A DNA stretch of 64,000 bases from the human T2T-CHM13v2.0 reference genome, Homo sapiens (GCF_009914755.1 NC_060937.1), one strand, 5' to 3'; shown: positions 42,148-57,489, numbered from the stretch's first letter. Notes: a model not told the origin generated them from the letters alone. A program made the numbers and translations.

Positions 42148-42373
42148 CACTGCCACCTCTGACTCCCTGGTTCAAGGGATTCTCCTGCCTCAGCCTCCCA
42201 AGTAGGCTGGGATTACAGGCATGCGCCACCACACCCAGCTAATTTTTGTATTTTTAGTGGAGACGGGGTTTTGTCATGTTGGCCAGGATGGTCTCCATCT
42301 CCTGACCTCGTGATCCGCCAGTATTGGCTTCCCAAAGTGCTGGGATTACAGGCTTGAGCCACAGCGCCTGGCC
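42148..42373 (-). mobile_element. AluS (Sg-like), 3'-truncated with no A-tail
   Basis: Runs from cactgccacctctgactccctggttcaag to gagccacagcgcctggcc. The end of the right arm and the poly(T) are absent. Confidence 0.92.
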
Positions 42374-42499
42374 TTTCCTATTAAAAAAAATTATTTGTGT
42401 TGCCTAACTCAATAAGAACTTTTTTTTTCTCCTATTGTATTAGTTGTAAATGAGGTGATTTGTTTTAATGCTGGAAAACTTAGTCATAGATGATGATCT

Positions 42500-42918
42500 T
42501 CAGATCTTCAGCTCCTGACACTTCCTCCTTTCTTTGGGAATGGTTTTTATAATACGTGACCTGACCTTTGACCTCAGTTAATTGAGCTAGGACTGGGGAT
42601 TTGATACAAACTGGGCCACATATTCTCTTTTAAAAGGTGAAAATATAAAAACAGCGAGGCTTTTGCTTTGTGATTCTGATTCATTAGAGCTGAATCACTT
42701 TAGTGGTAGCTTTCTAGCAATAAACCTGTCCTTGAAATCCTGCACTGAGATTCCCGGAGGTACCTTAATTCCTTTTTTTCCTAAATCTTTTTTGTTCAAT
42801 TTCTTCTGCAACATCTTGAGAAATGGTGGCATTCTTTCAATAGATTCTCACTACACTTCTTCTAGGCAGAGTCAGTGTCTGTTGTCTAACAACAACCAAA
42901 AGACACTTAATTAGTACC
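42500..42918 (+). mobile_element. Old ERVL LTR remnant (LTR33-like)
   Basis: The terminal motif ggcagagtcagtgtctgttgtctaacaacaaccaaaagacacttaattagtac resembles LTR33/LTR16 ends. Confidence 0.4.
42557..42574 (-). promoter_or_regulatory. Perfect nuclear-receptor DR1 plus an overlapping third half-site
   Basis: TGACCTTTGACCT at 42562-42574 is AGGTCAAAGGTCA on the minus strand. An extra TGACCT is at 42557-42562. Confidence 0.45.
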
Positions 42919-43689
42919 CCAGGGAAGGCAGATTTATTGTGTTATTTTCAATATCTCTTCAATATCCTTTGGTGTTTTGAAGATTTTTTTCTCAATAATT
43001 CTTATGTTAATGGTTTAGATTGAAGGCCTTATCCTCTGGAGTATAAGTCTTTTCAAAGTCCAAGAAGTGATTTCTTACACCTAGATAAATGTCGTCAGCC
43101 ACTATAACCATTCAGTTGGTTATAAGCCAGGTTCTCCAGAAACACAAGCTGCTGCAAATAGTCACTGGCACTCTAGGAAGATGAAATGGCCATTTGAGGC
43201 AAATGTGCCTCTCTTTCACAAGAGCCTGTTTCCATCTGACAAGCCTGACGGTGCCTTTCAACCTAGATGAATCAGCAGTTTCCAGCATTGTCTACTTGAT
43301 TTGTAGATGGGCTTGTTTGCATTTCATGAATCTCTGATTTGACTTGTCCTGTGAAGAAGAACGGGCATAGCACAGTGAGATGCAGAATGTGGGCACGACT
43401 GCTTATCTGCCTTGGAAGTTCACAGTGGGGTGATGCTTTTAACTTCTTTTGGGCTGCTTTCTCCTGAGTAGAGTGAAGCTCACTCACATTCTGCCTGTCT
43501 TTTTGGCAATAACACAGTGGTCATAGGAAAATATATGTAACAACAGTTTTCCAGGATACTGGCATTATTGAGAGTAAATATCTTGCTCAAGGTCATGTAG
43601 TAGGTAAATGATAGAAATGAATTTTCACTCATCTGCAAGATTTCAGAGCTAAATTTTAAGATCTCTCTATAGGCAACCTTTTTTTGTAA

Positions 43690-43816
43690 AGCTGATTTTT
43701 TCTGTTTTGCAGAGATGGAGTTTCACTGTGTTGACCATACTAGTCTTGAACTCTTGGTCTCAAGCAATCTTTTCACATTGGCCTGGGATTGTAGGCATGC
43801 ACCACTGTGCCAGACC
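43690..43816 (-). mobile_element. FLAM/Alu left monomer
   Basis: agagatggagtttcactgtgttgacc...tcttgaactcttggtctcaagcaatc...accactgtgccagacc. Confidence 0.85.
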
Positions 43817-43829
43817 TATATACAAACTT

Positions 43830-45700
<1,871 letters not shown>

Positions 45701-46439
45701 GGCTTACATCTCAGGGATCAATAATGTTAGGGATGTTTATCATCCCGGGATTAATGTTGCAAGGTTATTCACAGCAATTTACTCTTGGTTGGGGTGAGGT
45801 AGGAGTTGGTGAAGGAAGTCTTACCTCTCTGGAGTGTGTCAGTTCTTTCAACTATTACTATAAATGCCATCAAAGTTTTATCTGTGCCTCATTTTCATTT
45901 CCCAGTTTTATTTTAAGCTTACAACAATAACTCCAGGAAGAGCAGGAATTCTTTTTTTTTGTTTGTTTTGATTTGGAATCAGAAACACTGAAGTTCAGGG
46001 CAGTCAAATGCTTGATGTAAGGTCATGCAGCTTGGGCAAGAGCTGGGACATAATATAAGGATTTGGACTCAGAGTACAGTGTTTTTTTCCTAATACAGCA
46101 TGGAAGCTATTCCATGAATTGGACATTAAAAGTAAGGTCTCCACATCACATATTCTGAGTGAGATTGGGAGGAAAAAGATACTTTCCTACAATTTGGATC
46201 ACAGCATCATGTAGTAAAAGTTTCCTAAAAGGCAATTGGCCTTTATATGAACATGATTATTTACCCAGAACTTTCATTATCAGAGGTTTGTATGAAGATT
46301 TATATGTAATCATAATATAATGTATACATAACGTACCATGTATATATACTAGAGATATACATGTATGTAAATATATATTTATATATATTGTATTTCTACT
46401 CTAAAATTTTTTCCACACACATCATTACATATAATTTAT

Positions 46440-46765
46440 ATATTTTTAAAAAATAGACTTCATATTTTAGAGAAATTTTAGATTTACTGCAAATTTGAGC
46501 AGAAAGTACAGAGCGTTCCCACATACCACCTCCCCCCGGACATGCACAACTTCCCTCACAGTTAACATCGCACACCAGAGGGGTACATTTGTTAGAATGA
46601 ATGAACCAACATTGACACATCATTATCACACAAAGTCACACAATGTTTATAACAATGTTAGGGTTCATTTTTGGTAATGAGCATTTTATGGGCTTTGATA
46701 AATGTATAATGACGTGTATCCATCATGATAGTATCATACAGAATAATTTCACTGTCCTCAGAAAC
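46440..46765 (-). mobile_element. L1MC1-like 3' end
   Basis: gcagaaagtacagagcgttcccacatacc...ggtacatttgttagaatgaatgaaccaacattgacacatcattatcac. Confidence 0.8.
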
Positions 46766-47736
46766 AGGTATTTTAGTGCTATTTATCATAGGAAAATTTT
46801 AAAACAATCTAAACATAGAACATTGGGTGATAGGGTACATATTTTATTATATGATATAATACTATGCAGCCATTAAAAGGACACTTAACAGAATATCTGG
46901 TAACATGAGAACACCTTTTAAATATGTTATTAAATGAAAAAGGAATTAGGTTGTGAAATATACAATACAATATCAGTTTTTATACACATACATGCATACA
47001 TACAAACATAGTTTAGACAAAAGACTGGAAATGTATACATCAAAGTGTAAAAGACTATTACAATAAGTCTGTAATAAATAGTTCCACTAAAAATGTTTTG
47101 GTGTTTTGGATTACTTTAAGAGAGAATCTAAAAGTGGGATGACTGAATTAAAGGGAATGACAGCTTCATCCTTATGTTTACTTAGTATTTTTTATTTTCT
47201 TTCCAATTGGATTGTATATTCCTTGACGATAAGTCCAAATCTTATTCGTGGATGAGTTATCTTCATCACTGAAAAAGTAGCTTGTGTGTCGTAGATATAA
47301 GGGCCATTGCTTCAACTTTCCCGAGGTTGGCTCCACTTCTCCATAGAGGTAATTGACAATTTATATCTCTATTATTGGTGTCTGGTCTATAATAGATGCT
47401 CAAAACCTGTTGAATGAATGAATGATCCTAGCTTAAGACTTCGTTCAACTGTGTTTACTGTGATCAGGACCATGAGCCTATGCCCCTTCTCTTCAACTTG
47501 ATTGCTTCTAGGAGCCAGGTGGATACGTTGAGCCTGGTAAAACTTTAGGGGATGGGCTATTTCTTTAAATTTCCTCTCTTGATGTTTGCCTGAGTTAGAC
47601 AATCATCGCCATGAATTCATTTATTATGGGACTGGCCAAAAGATTTGAATTTAGACTTAGGAAAAAGTAAAGGTCCTGCATTAGATTCTGGCCTGGGCTG
47701 CCGGCACTAAACTATCTTTTACCAGAAAGCTCTGTA

Positions 47737-48082
47737 CAGTCATGCACCAAAAAATGACCTTATAGTCGATGATGGACACCTTATATGATGATGGTCCCAT
47801 AAGGTTATAAGACTGTAGTTTCACTGTACCTTTAATATGCTTAGATATGTTTAGATACATGAATACTTACCATTAAGTTGTTATTGCCTACAGTATTCAG
47901 TACAGTTACGTGCTTTATAGGTTTGTAGCCTAGGAGCAATAAGTTATACCATATAGCCTAGGGGTGAGGTAGACTATACCATCTAGGGTTGTGTAAGTGC
48001 ATTCTGATGTTTGCATAATGATGAAATCACCCAACAACACATTTCTCCAAATTTATCCCTGTTGTTAGGTGACACATGCCTG
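47737..48082 (+). mobile_element. Tigger3a-like TcMar DNA transposon
   Basis: cagtcatgcacc...gtgacacatgcctg, flanked by TA at 47735-47736 and 48083-48084. Internal ggtttgtagcctaggagcaataagttataccatatagcctagg. Confidence 0.9.
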
Positions 48083-49652
48083 TATTAGGGAATTAGGCTG
48101 TGACTCAAGTTATGACAAAATGGTATTTTTTTCACATTGGTCACTGCCTGTGTGTGGTGTGTTTCTACATCTCTTAGGAAGCATGAAGAGAGAGAGTAGA
48201 GATTTTGTGGGGGCAAGATCAAGGCATTGTCTGGCACTGGTTGCAGTAGCATAAATCTCATTTCTAACAGAAATCATGAAAAAACACTATTGGATTTAAT
48301 ACATTTGAATCCAGACAAATTTAGGATAGGAGTAAGTCAGACATCACTATGAATCTGTTTGGAGGGTTATCTAGGGTATATGCAGACGTCAGCAAAATTT
48401 ATTTTAGAACAAGTTTTGTTTTACCATGTTTTGGAGAACATCCAAGTTCGACAGAAAAACAAAATGCTGAACTAAATTAGTGCCGCAATTGAACAGTTTA
48501 TATGTCAATTACCATCAAAATAATGTTTCAGCCTGTTTCCATTTTGATTCTTCCACTGGTAGCATAAAACTTCATGTTGTGGTTCTCCTCCAATGCACTC
48601 CTTTGAGTATGGTCTTGCAAACTCTGGATGGCTTTGTCTTTTCATGAAATTTCACACACTATGGAGTTTGCTTCAACATGGGTTGCTTCGCTGTTTATTG
48701 CATCAACAATAAAAGAAAACATATTTCTCTTAGAAGGATTGCCACCTTTTTGCACACTAGTTTATAGAAAGAGTAGATTGGGAAAGATAAAAACAGGATG
48801 TGCAGCAGAGGATTGGCCTGTTTTAGCTCCCATGACTTTCCCTTATGCCACTATAGCTCGGCTGGCCCCTCAAGTGTAGTTAGTAGTGAAGAAGCGCAGA
48901 GTGTGCCAGGCAAGGGGACTTTGAAATCAAATCTACAAGAGCTGAGAAATGAGCTTGATCATGTGAGGAGGAGGACAAAGAGACTGAAGAAGGAAAGATG
49001 TGATGTTTTGAAGAAAATTGTATTTTTCTCTCTGTCTGTCTGTCTGTCTCTCTCTCTGCTAAAAGTGTGAAAATATCCTTCTTATATTGAAGCTTCAAGA
49101 GGGGTATGGCAGAAAGGAAAATACTAGTGAGGTAATGTTCAATTTTGACTATTAAATTTAACATTTTTGAAAATGTTATCAACACTGAAAATTCTGATCA
49201 AATTTCCTCTATATTTTGATACAGGAATTTTCTTGCTTCCATTTTCACACCAATGTTTAAGATGCTTATTGACCATTTCTTTTCAAAAGTATTGAGAGTT
49301 TTTTTTTAACCAATAATCAACAATTAAAGATAGATTATATATATTTTTTCTCTTAGATGCTGTTTTGCTATCACAGCAAATTCTGAAATCTGTGATGGTT
49401 ACCAAAGAAGGAACAGAGGAATAGTAATTAATCCTTTGTTACACAATCCCCAGTGCACAAGAATTTTAACATAAACATGTAGATAATGTTTTGATAGGTG
49501 TACATATTTAGAAGACCATATAGAGTAAATCCAACTCTCTTCTACAATATAAGCTAAGTGATATTTCCAAACAAATTTAATATATTTAAAAAATTGACAT
49601 GTTTCATTTTGTTCAGTAATAAAGCACCAAGAGGAGCATATTTGTGGGTGAC

Positions 49653-49687
49653 TGTGTGTGTGCGTGTGTGTGTGTGTGTGCGCGTGC
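49653..49687. repeat. (TG)n microsatellite
   Basis: tgtgtgtgtgcgtgtgtgtgtgtgtgtgcgcgtgc. Confidence 0.9.
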
Positions 49688-51184
49688 ACGAGAGAGAGGG
49701 AGAGGTTTTTCATAAATGAAGAGTTAATGGATTTCTCTTTATTTTCAATTTAAATGCTAACTAGATAAAAATCTGAATGAACCCAGAAAAAATTAGTACA
49801 ATTAATTAGACCCTGAGAAAAAGTTTTATAGAATCCTCCTTCCTTTGCCACAAATATCTTTAATTAAATTTGACCTAATGAACTTTTGTTGGGGCATACC
49901 ATATGCAATGTGCCTTGGCTAGAAGCTAAGCACAAAGTCAACATTCAATGTGTTCACTCTCAAATTAGGATTGCTGACAGATTTGTATAAAATCAACTTT
50001 TCATTTCATCCATTGCTTCTGGAAGTCTTAAGTAGCATATCTCTATCTATTGGATCTACTACCCAGGTTACAGTTAGAATATAATACATAATAAAAACTA
50101 AACATTTCTTTTTTATTTAATAATTTGGATTGACTTGTTTAGTAATTTGGAATTTCCATTGTAAAGTGAATTATTATATCTTCCAAAAAGAAAGGAAAAA
50201 AGCCTAAAATAATCTGTGTCAACCTCTTGGCTCAATCATTCTGACTGATGAAAAAAATATTTTGACTATTCACTTCAGTGAAAGTCCTCTAGCAACTTGA
50301 CATTTGTGTATAAACAAGTAGTTTTGAACATTAACTAAGTACATAATACTGCTGGACACTGCAGATAAAATTAGAAATAGTATCAACAGAAACTTAGGGA
50401 AGTATTTAATCACCAAAACTTGCTTGAAATTCATATAAAATTTGTCAAGTATCAGTGAGATTCTAATAATAATACTAAACAATGCTCTAAAACATTTATG
50501 TAGTTTTGTAAATTAGTCCTTTCAGGTGAGTCTAGCCTAGGAATAGCTATTGCCTATGTTTGAAAATTGAGGAATTCTTCAGATACGTATTTGTATATAT
50601 CTGTCTTACCAAGAATCATAGTCCACTATTAAAACCAGATTATTTCTCATTATCAGTTTAATTTCACAAATACGTACTGGACACCAATTATTTACCAGCC
50701 ACTGTGGTAGACATCAGGGTACTCAGGAATTACTTAAGGGTCCAAGAAAATTGTTGAATTTTGAGAGTGTTTAAAGTGATCATATGCCTTATGAGAGGAT
50801 GTAAATACTTTTATCTGAGAACAAGAGGGAGGTAGGGGTTCTGCCATGGTTGTTAGGAGGATAACAGAAAACCAGAGAGGGAGTTTTTAGATTACACAGC
50901 TAAATCTAATATCCCAAAGGAAATGTGGCAAAGTATCCCATTTTGTTTAATACAGTGACTTCATATGCTATATTTATGAGTCCAATAATCTGCAAATTAA
51001 AGAAGCTGTAAACAAAACCTTCTCCTACCTTTGGCAGTTCTGATATGGATTATAAACTTTTTATATCATCTAATTTTAAAAAAGAAACAATATTACTTGA
51101 TTATTAATTATCAAAAACTCAATAAGATAACAGAATGACAATTGTCTCTTAACATTATACCATCACTAAATTTAATCTGTAATA

Positions 51185-51244
51185 ATAGACTACTAGAGGT
51201 AAAATCATTCATATATAGACTATTAGAGGTAAAATTAATCATAT
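51185..51244. repeat. Tandem duplication of a 30-bp unit (3 mismatches)
   Basis: atagactactagaggtaaaatcattcatat followed by atagactattagaggtaaaattaatcatat. Confidence 0.9.
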
Positions 51245-51586
51245 TCATTAAATTTGACTTTGAATTTATAGTTGATTTGTAACAGTAAGGTCATTTTTAC
51301 TTCTTTGTTTCTTCAAACTCTGTTGCATAACTTCCAGTTCATCTTAAAGACATCAGTTCCATATATATAAAAAAAGGAAAGTCATGCATTTTTCAATAGC
51401 AATGCAGCTATATTAGGTATTCTGGCTTTGGTTGTTTACATTCTAAGAAAACCTACCAATTTCTCTGAATTGTCTCAGCCAAATTGAAAAGTCTTAAAGT
51501 ATTAAAAATAAGATACCAAAAAAAACCCTTCTTATATTGAAGCTTCAGCTTTCAAACTAATATGTTTTTGCTTCTTTTCTTAAAAG

Positions 51587-51624
51587 AAAATAAATCTGGA
51601 AATATATGTGTGAGACCACCACAG
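51587..51624 (+). other. Candidate 38-nt exon
   Basis: Branch-like aactaat, polypyrimidine tract tttttgcttcttttct, acceptor aAG at 51586 and consensus donor CAG|GTAAGT. Confidence 0.4.
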
Positions 51625-53119
51625 GTAAGTTTTCTCCTATTGGGTGACTAACATGCATTTTATTAGCTCTGTAAATATGAATTTACATTATAGATGCTAA
51701 TGATTTTGAGGAATTTGTTAAGACCTAACAGATCAATGATCCATAATTGTTAAATTTTTTAAACATATATTTGCATAATTTACCTTTCAAAAATTTCATA
51801 AATGCATATTTATAGGATAGACTAGGGTTTCATATTTTATTTGCCAACTCTATGCTTCATAGTATAAAAGCCACATTAATTTATCGGTTCTTGCATATAG
51901 CTCTGGGGATGTTTGTGACTAGTAAATTTTTCATTAGTCAGAAATCAGCTAGCTGGAAAAAACTTCAAATATTTAGATTCTCCCACTTATGGGCATGTTG
52001 TACATAATAATTTTATAAGAAGTGAGCCAGTAAATATGTATTTTATACCTACTTACCTGATATGTGCTAAGCACTGTGTTGGAAACTGTAGATGCAAAAT
52101 AAATAAGGCATTGACTCTCCCTTTGCCAAACTGTCATTTAGTTGGCAAGTACAATAGATGAACTGATAATTATAATGCAGTTTTATTTTCTAAAATCTAT
52201 TTAGGAGAAAAATGGATATCTTAAGTAGGTTCATTGAAATAAGATCTTTATTTAAAAATTGGTTTCTAAGGTGTGTTCTAACATCACAAAAGCTTTTGCC
52301 CTTTTTTGGACACTTACATATGTCCATCTATCATACTCCATTGTGAAAATTGCCATCCAGAGCAGTGACCTGAAATTGCAGTAGAAGTCTAACACAATGT
52401 GTATTCTCTTTCATTGGTTGTTGTAAGCACGCTCACTTTTTTCTTTTTCCCCCATACTGTTTTCACATGTCTTCAGAGTTTAAAGCATGGCTTAACTGCT
52501 GTGGTGTTCAGATCAAATCACTTCAGTTCAATTCAGCGAGTATAGTGTGGTTCTGATTAACTTAGTTCAACTTCCCATGGTCTACAGTGAGCAGCATTTG
52601 TCTTCAGTTCTTTGTCAGTTTCTTATTTTATGAATTGTCCTCATAATATATTTATGTTTAATTTAAGCAACCATTGACCTTCTTCTTCTTTACAAATGTT
52701 CAGTTTTTGTGGAATTTTCTTTATTAAGACAGTGTTCTAGAAATTCTTTTTATAACCCTATATATATAACCCTATATATATATTTTTTATAACCATATAT
52801 ATATATTAGAGACTCTGAAGAGAGCACATTATGGTCAACATAATTTAAAATTATTCATTGGTTTCTTAATAATCCAACAATTTTACTTACTTCCAAATAT
52901 CGAACTTCTTTGTCTTGTTTCCTCCCTACTTTCACTCTATTTTCAAATTCTAGTTCTAAGCAGTGGAATCTTCCAGTGCCTTAATTTGATTATGGATAAT
53001 TTCTTGTTTAACAAGTGCTATTGTAATAACTTTAATTTCAAACTATGTTAAATATGTACAGTTCAATTCACCTCAGCAAATGTTGTTCTATTGTCCTTCC
53101 TTTAGTAAGCAAAGTACCA

Positions 53120-53459
<340 letters not shown>

Positions 53460-54329
53460 TTAGGTGAGTGAGCCTGTGTGTCTTTATCTGTGAATATATG
53501 TAAAGAAAGACACCCTAGGAAGCTCCAGGAAATGTGCTGATATTCCCTTTCTCCATTCCAGAATTTTAAATTCTGTGTCTGTACATTTTTGACTTATAAA
53601 TGACAAGTTGAAAACTTTAGGACTGAGAAGACTCTCAAAAGGAATAAGGCACTGATGTGAAGGTGTCATCAGAAGATTTAGATCATAAATCCATGCTCCT
53701 CTCCTGGTTTCCAACAACTTGGATAGAGAATGCATTAAATGGTGGAATTGTCAGTAAAGGGCACAACTGAGGAATTTCCTGAGTGGGACTGGGAGTACAG
53801 GGTATTAAACCCAAGTTTTATGACTGGCCAAGGCCAGGTTAGATTTTTGACATCTGCCTCCTTCATTTTCCTGACTGTCCAGAGTTATTATGAAAAGCAT
53901 TGCTGTTTTCTATGGAACCTGCTGGCTGAGATTTTCTTTCTTATTGCATCCTGCAGTATTCACCTCCATTTTTTCTTATTACTTTCACATTCTAATCTAG
54001 AGATGATGAGACTTTGGCAGGTGGCTTCAGTGACACCTTCTAATCTTCTTTTGTCACTGCTTAAGCTGTTATTTCAAGATTATTTTATTCACCTGCCATT
54101 CACCCTCTCATCTAAATTTCAATTTGTTTCCATGTTTTTAGTGCACCATTTTTTGGGAAAGCATTTATGAGAGATCTTCTCAAATACTCAGTGTACGAAA
54201 TTCCTTTTAGATTAAAAACTTTTAGGTTGTTTATGCACTCCTTACCCCCTCCCCCAGAAAACCATCATGACCAAGAAGGCAGATGACAGCAAAAGAATAA
54301 ACCTAAGAAATAAAAACAACCATGACCCA

Positions 54330-54775
54330 GAATCTAACTGAAGATCAGTTATTGCATTTCATTATCATGTCTCTTTATTCTCCTTCAATTGAAATAATTC
54401 CTTTGTCTTTTTTTTTTTATGACTGTGACATTTTTAACAAATACATCTGCTTTGTAGCATATACCTGAAACTGAGTTTGTCTGATATTTCTTCATGATTA
54501 GGCTTAGGTTATGCATTTTAATTTGTCGGGGGTGGGGGACAGGGATAACACAGAAGTGATGTTGTCTTTCTCAAGGCATTGGGCACATGACATTGCTTCA
54601 TTTCACTTTGGATGATAATGTTGTTAAGATGATTTCTGCCAAGTTTCTCCACTGTAAAGTTACTATTTTTCTCTGTATAATTTTACAGCATTTTGTAGGG
54701 CATACATTGTCTATGTAAATATCCTGTTTGTCATTGAACTTTCACCTACTGATTTGAGTGCCCAAGTTGATAACC
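54330..54775 (-). mobile_element. L1MC4/5-like 3' UTR fragment
   Basis: gtttgtctgatatttcttcatgattaggcttaggttatgcatttt...tctgccaagtttctccactgtaaagttactatttt. Confidence 0.75.
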
Positions 54776-54899
54776 TTAGAATAAAGACTATTCATTAGAT
54801 AATGTTATTGTAATTTTCATTTTCTGATGTTAAGTTGTACTGATTTATCTGAGAGAATGTCCTTTTTTTAGGAAATAATGAAACATTTAGAATCATATG

Positions 54900-56290
54900 T
54901 ACAAATGTATGATTACTAATTGTATTAGACTAAAAGAGGCAAATAGGTTACAGTGATGGGGGATCATGAGAAAAATCTACTTATACAGAATGCTCAGGAA
55001 AAGTCTAAGGAGGTGATATGTAAGCCAAGTTCAGCAGGAGACTGAACAATTTAGCCAAATACAAGAGAGTTCAAGGACGATGTGCAGAGATCTTATAAGA
55101 AAGTGATCTTGGTGGGCTCAAGAAAGCAAAAAACATGAATATTACTGAGGGAGGCCACAGAGGGAGGCAAGGGGCAGGTCATGAAGGACTGTGTAGGCTT
55201 CAGTAAGGAATTCGGATTTTATTTTAAGTGCAACATAAAGGTGATGAAGCAGGGGAATGTCCTCATCTAATTGCCATTTTAAGAAACGTTTTATTTTATA
55301 CATAATAGATTTGAGGAGACATAGTACTAGGAAGACTGGCAGAAAGCTGTTTGGGAGATAGAAGGCATTATTTTGGAAAGAAATGTGGAATGAAGATGAA
55401 GAAAACTGAGTGGATTCAAGATATATTTTGGGGATAGAACTATGAGAAATTTATTAATCAGTTTAGGGAACTGGTGACGGGGAAAGAAAATAACTTCAAG
55501 ATTTCTGATTTAACAATGGTAGAGAATAGAGACATTTTATGAAATGGGGCAGACTGGGAGTGGAAAAGCTGAAGTTTGATTTTGTGCATGTTAAATATGA
55601 GATGCCATGACAGAGTCAAATGGAGAAATAAGCACTGAGCTATGTGAGTTTGGAGTTCAGAATAGAATGTTGGCAAGGGAGTCAATGGCAATGGTGATGG
55701 TATCTAAAGACATTGAAATAGAAGAATGGTGAGATAAAGAGAACCAAGGCTTTGAAGATCCCTATATTTGGCGGGAGGTCTAGTAGAAGAGGAGGAGACT
55801 GCAAAAAGACCAAAAAAAATTGGAGAGAGAGACGGGATGCCATTCACATAGCTAGTGAATCCAAAGAGGAGAGTGTGCCAAGAAGAAGATGTTCAATTGT
55901 TTTGAAATTTATGAATAATTTGAATAAGAGAAGATTTAAAATGTTATTGGCCAAATGGAAGCCACTGGTGATCTTGGCAAGAATAAAGAAATGTGTAGAG
56001 AATTCATTTAGCTGTAAGTCAAGCATACTATGGGAAGTGAAAAAGTGGAGACAGCATGTGCAGACTAATATTTTTAGGTGTTTGGCAGTAATGGGAGAAA
56101 AAGAATAGAATTAGAAGCATGTGTGTGTTACAGGTAGGGAGCATTATATCAGGTTTGTGTATTGATAGGAACAATCCATTGGGGATGGTGAAAATGATGA
56201 GGTAGAAAATAGAAGGAAGGTCTGAAGTTTTTGAGATGATTAGAAGTATTGGGATCACTGGCACTGATATTTGATAGGGTGAGGAGCATT
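54900..56290 (-). mobile_element. L2
   Basis: ggggcaggtcatgaaggactgtgtagg...ggattcaagatatattttggggatag...ttttgtgcatgttaaatatgagatgcc. Confidence 0.75.
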
Positions 56291-56509
56291 TCCTAGAATT
56301 TAAAACTAGATTATACCCAGGGAAGAGTCTGGCAATTTGAAGCTAGTAAAGAATACACAAAACATTCTTGAACTAATGGGATAGTAAGCTAACTAGAGAA
56401 ATTTGTTGTTTGTGATCACCATTTCAAAAGGTAGTCTGTGTACTAAGTAATAAAATTTTCCTCCAGCTATGTTCTGCTTTTCAGATATCATGTATTGAAG
56501 TCAAATAGT

Positions 56510-56640
56510 TTAGACCAACAATTTTAAGTATATGTGTGGACCAGGAGTATTGATATCACCTAGAAGCTTGTTAGAAGTATATGCTCTCAATCAGAATCTG
56601 CATATTAATATATGAATAGACAGTCAAATTTTAGAAGCAA
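56510..56640. mobile_element. MER5A-like fragment
   Basis: ggaccaggagtattgatatcacctagaagcttgttagaa...aatcagaatctgcat. Confidence 0.6.
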
Positions 56641-57489
56641 TTTTCAACATCTCCTAGTGTTGGTTTTTTCCCCCAGGGAGTTGAACAGGTGTGTCTCATC
56701 ATATCTTGGATTTATCACATACTTGCTTTAACCTTGGGTAGGCTGCTTAATTTCTCTGTTACATTTATTATATGGAAAATAGGGCTAATGTTAGTTGGGT
56801 AGTTCCTACCTGATAATATTGCTGTGAAATTAAGTTAGATAACATGGAAAACAATGAATGCCATGAAGAAAATTCTGAAATAATGACTATCAGCATCATT
56901 GTTATCATCATGGAGCTAGGTGACTGGTGGATTATGCAGAAAGCTCATCGGCAGTAAGAGGAAAAGCAGCAGACAGGACAGAGGTTTAATGGATTGTTTG
57001 TATGAGTGTTGAGTTTTCCATGAGTGGCAAAGGGAGTTGGGGTGGGTAGAGCTAATACAGGAAGTAAACCAGAGGATAGTGCATAGTTGACAGCCTGATG
57101 GAGAAAGGGTCACATATGCAGATTGTGTGAGTTGAAAGGAGCAGTGGGAAACATCACAAATCAAGAAATAAGTGGCTGACATATCATTTGGAGAGCAGCA
57201 ATGAGGGCCCTCTTCCCATCTATGAGCCCAGAGGAGTTTGGGTCATTGCACTGCCTCTTACCAGGCAGGATGATGTTACCTCTGTGACTGAAGTTCGCTG
57301 AACTTCGGTACTTTAACCTGTGGATGCTGTGGTGAATATCCTCCATTTTCCAGGTGGGCTGGCTCCCACAGTGCTCTGTTAATACCATGAGTATAACATT
57401 GATTGTGAGATATGTAATTATATTTTCTTATCTGTCTCTAGAACAAGAGGTCCTGAAAAAATCTATTTCATACTAATTGCTAATAATTG

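Larger units (their letters stand above)
49070..51547. repeat. 21-bp perfect (28-bp with 2 mismatches) direct repeat, copies 2450 bp apart
   Basis: ccttcttatattgaagcttca at 49077-49097 and 51527-51547. Confidence 0.9.

Noticed and set aside
48798-49070. 90-aa ORF with a coiled-coil-like stretch (LQELRNELDHVRRRTKRLKKE)
   Set aside because: No recognisable homology or convincing splice sites. Purine-rich composition explains the K/E/R content, and the ORF runs into a (TCTG)/(TC) repeat.
52745-52808. tataaccctatatata repeats resembling telomeric TAACCC
   Set aside because: Only two or three copies embedded in (TA)n low-complexity sequence, not an interstitial telomeric array.
53739-54170. 143-aa hydrophobic ORF
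   Set aside because: T-rich sequence yields F/L/S-rich translation, with no homology or exon signals recognised.
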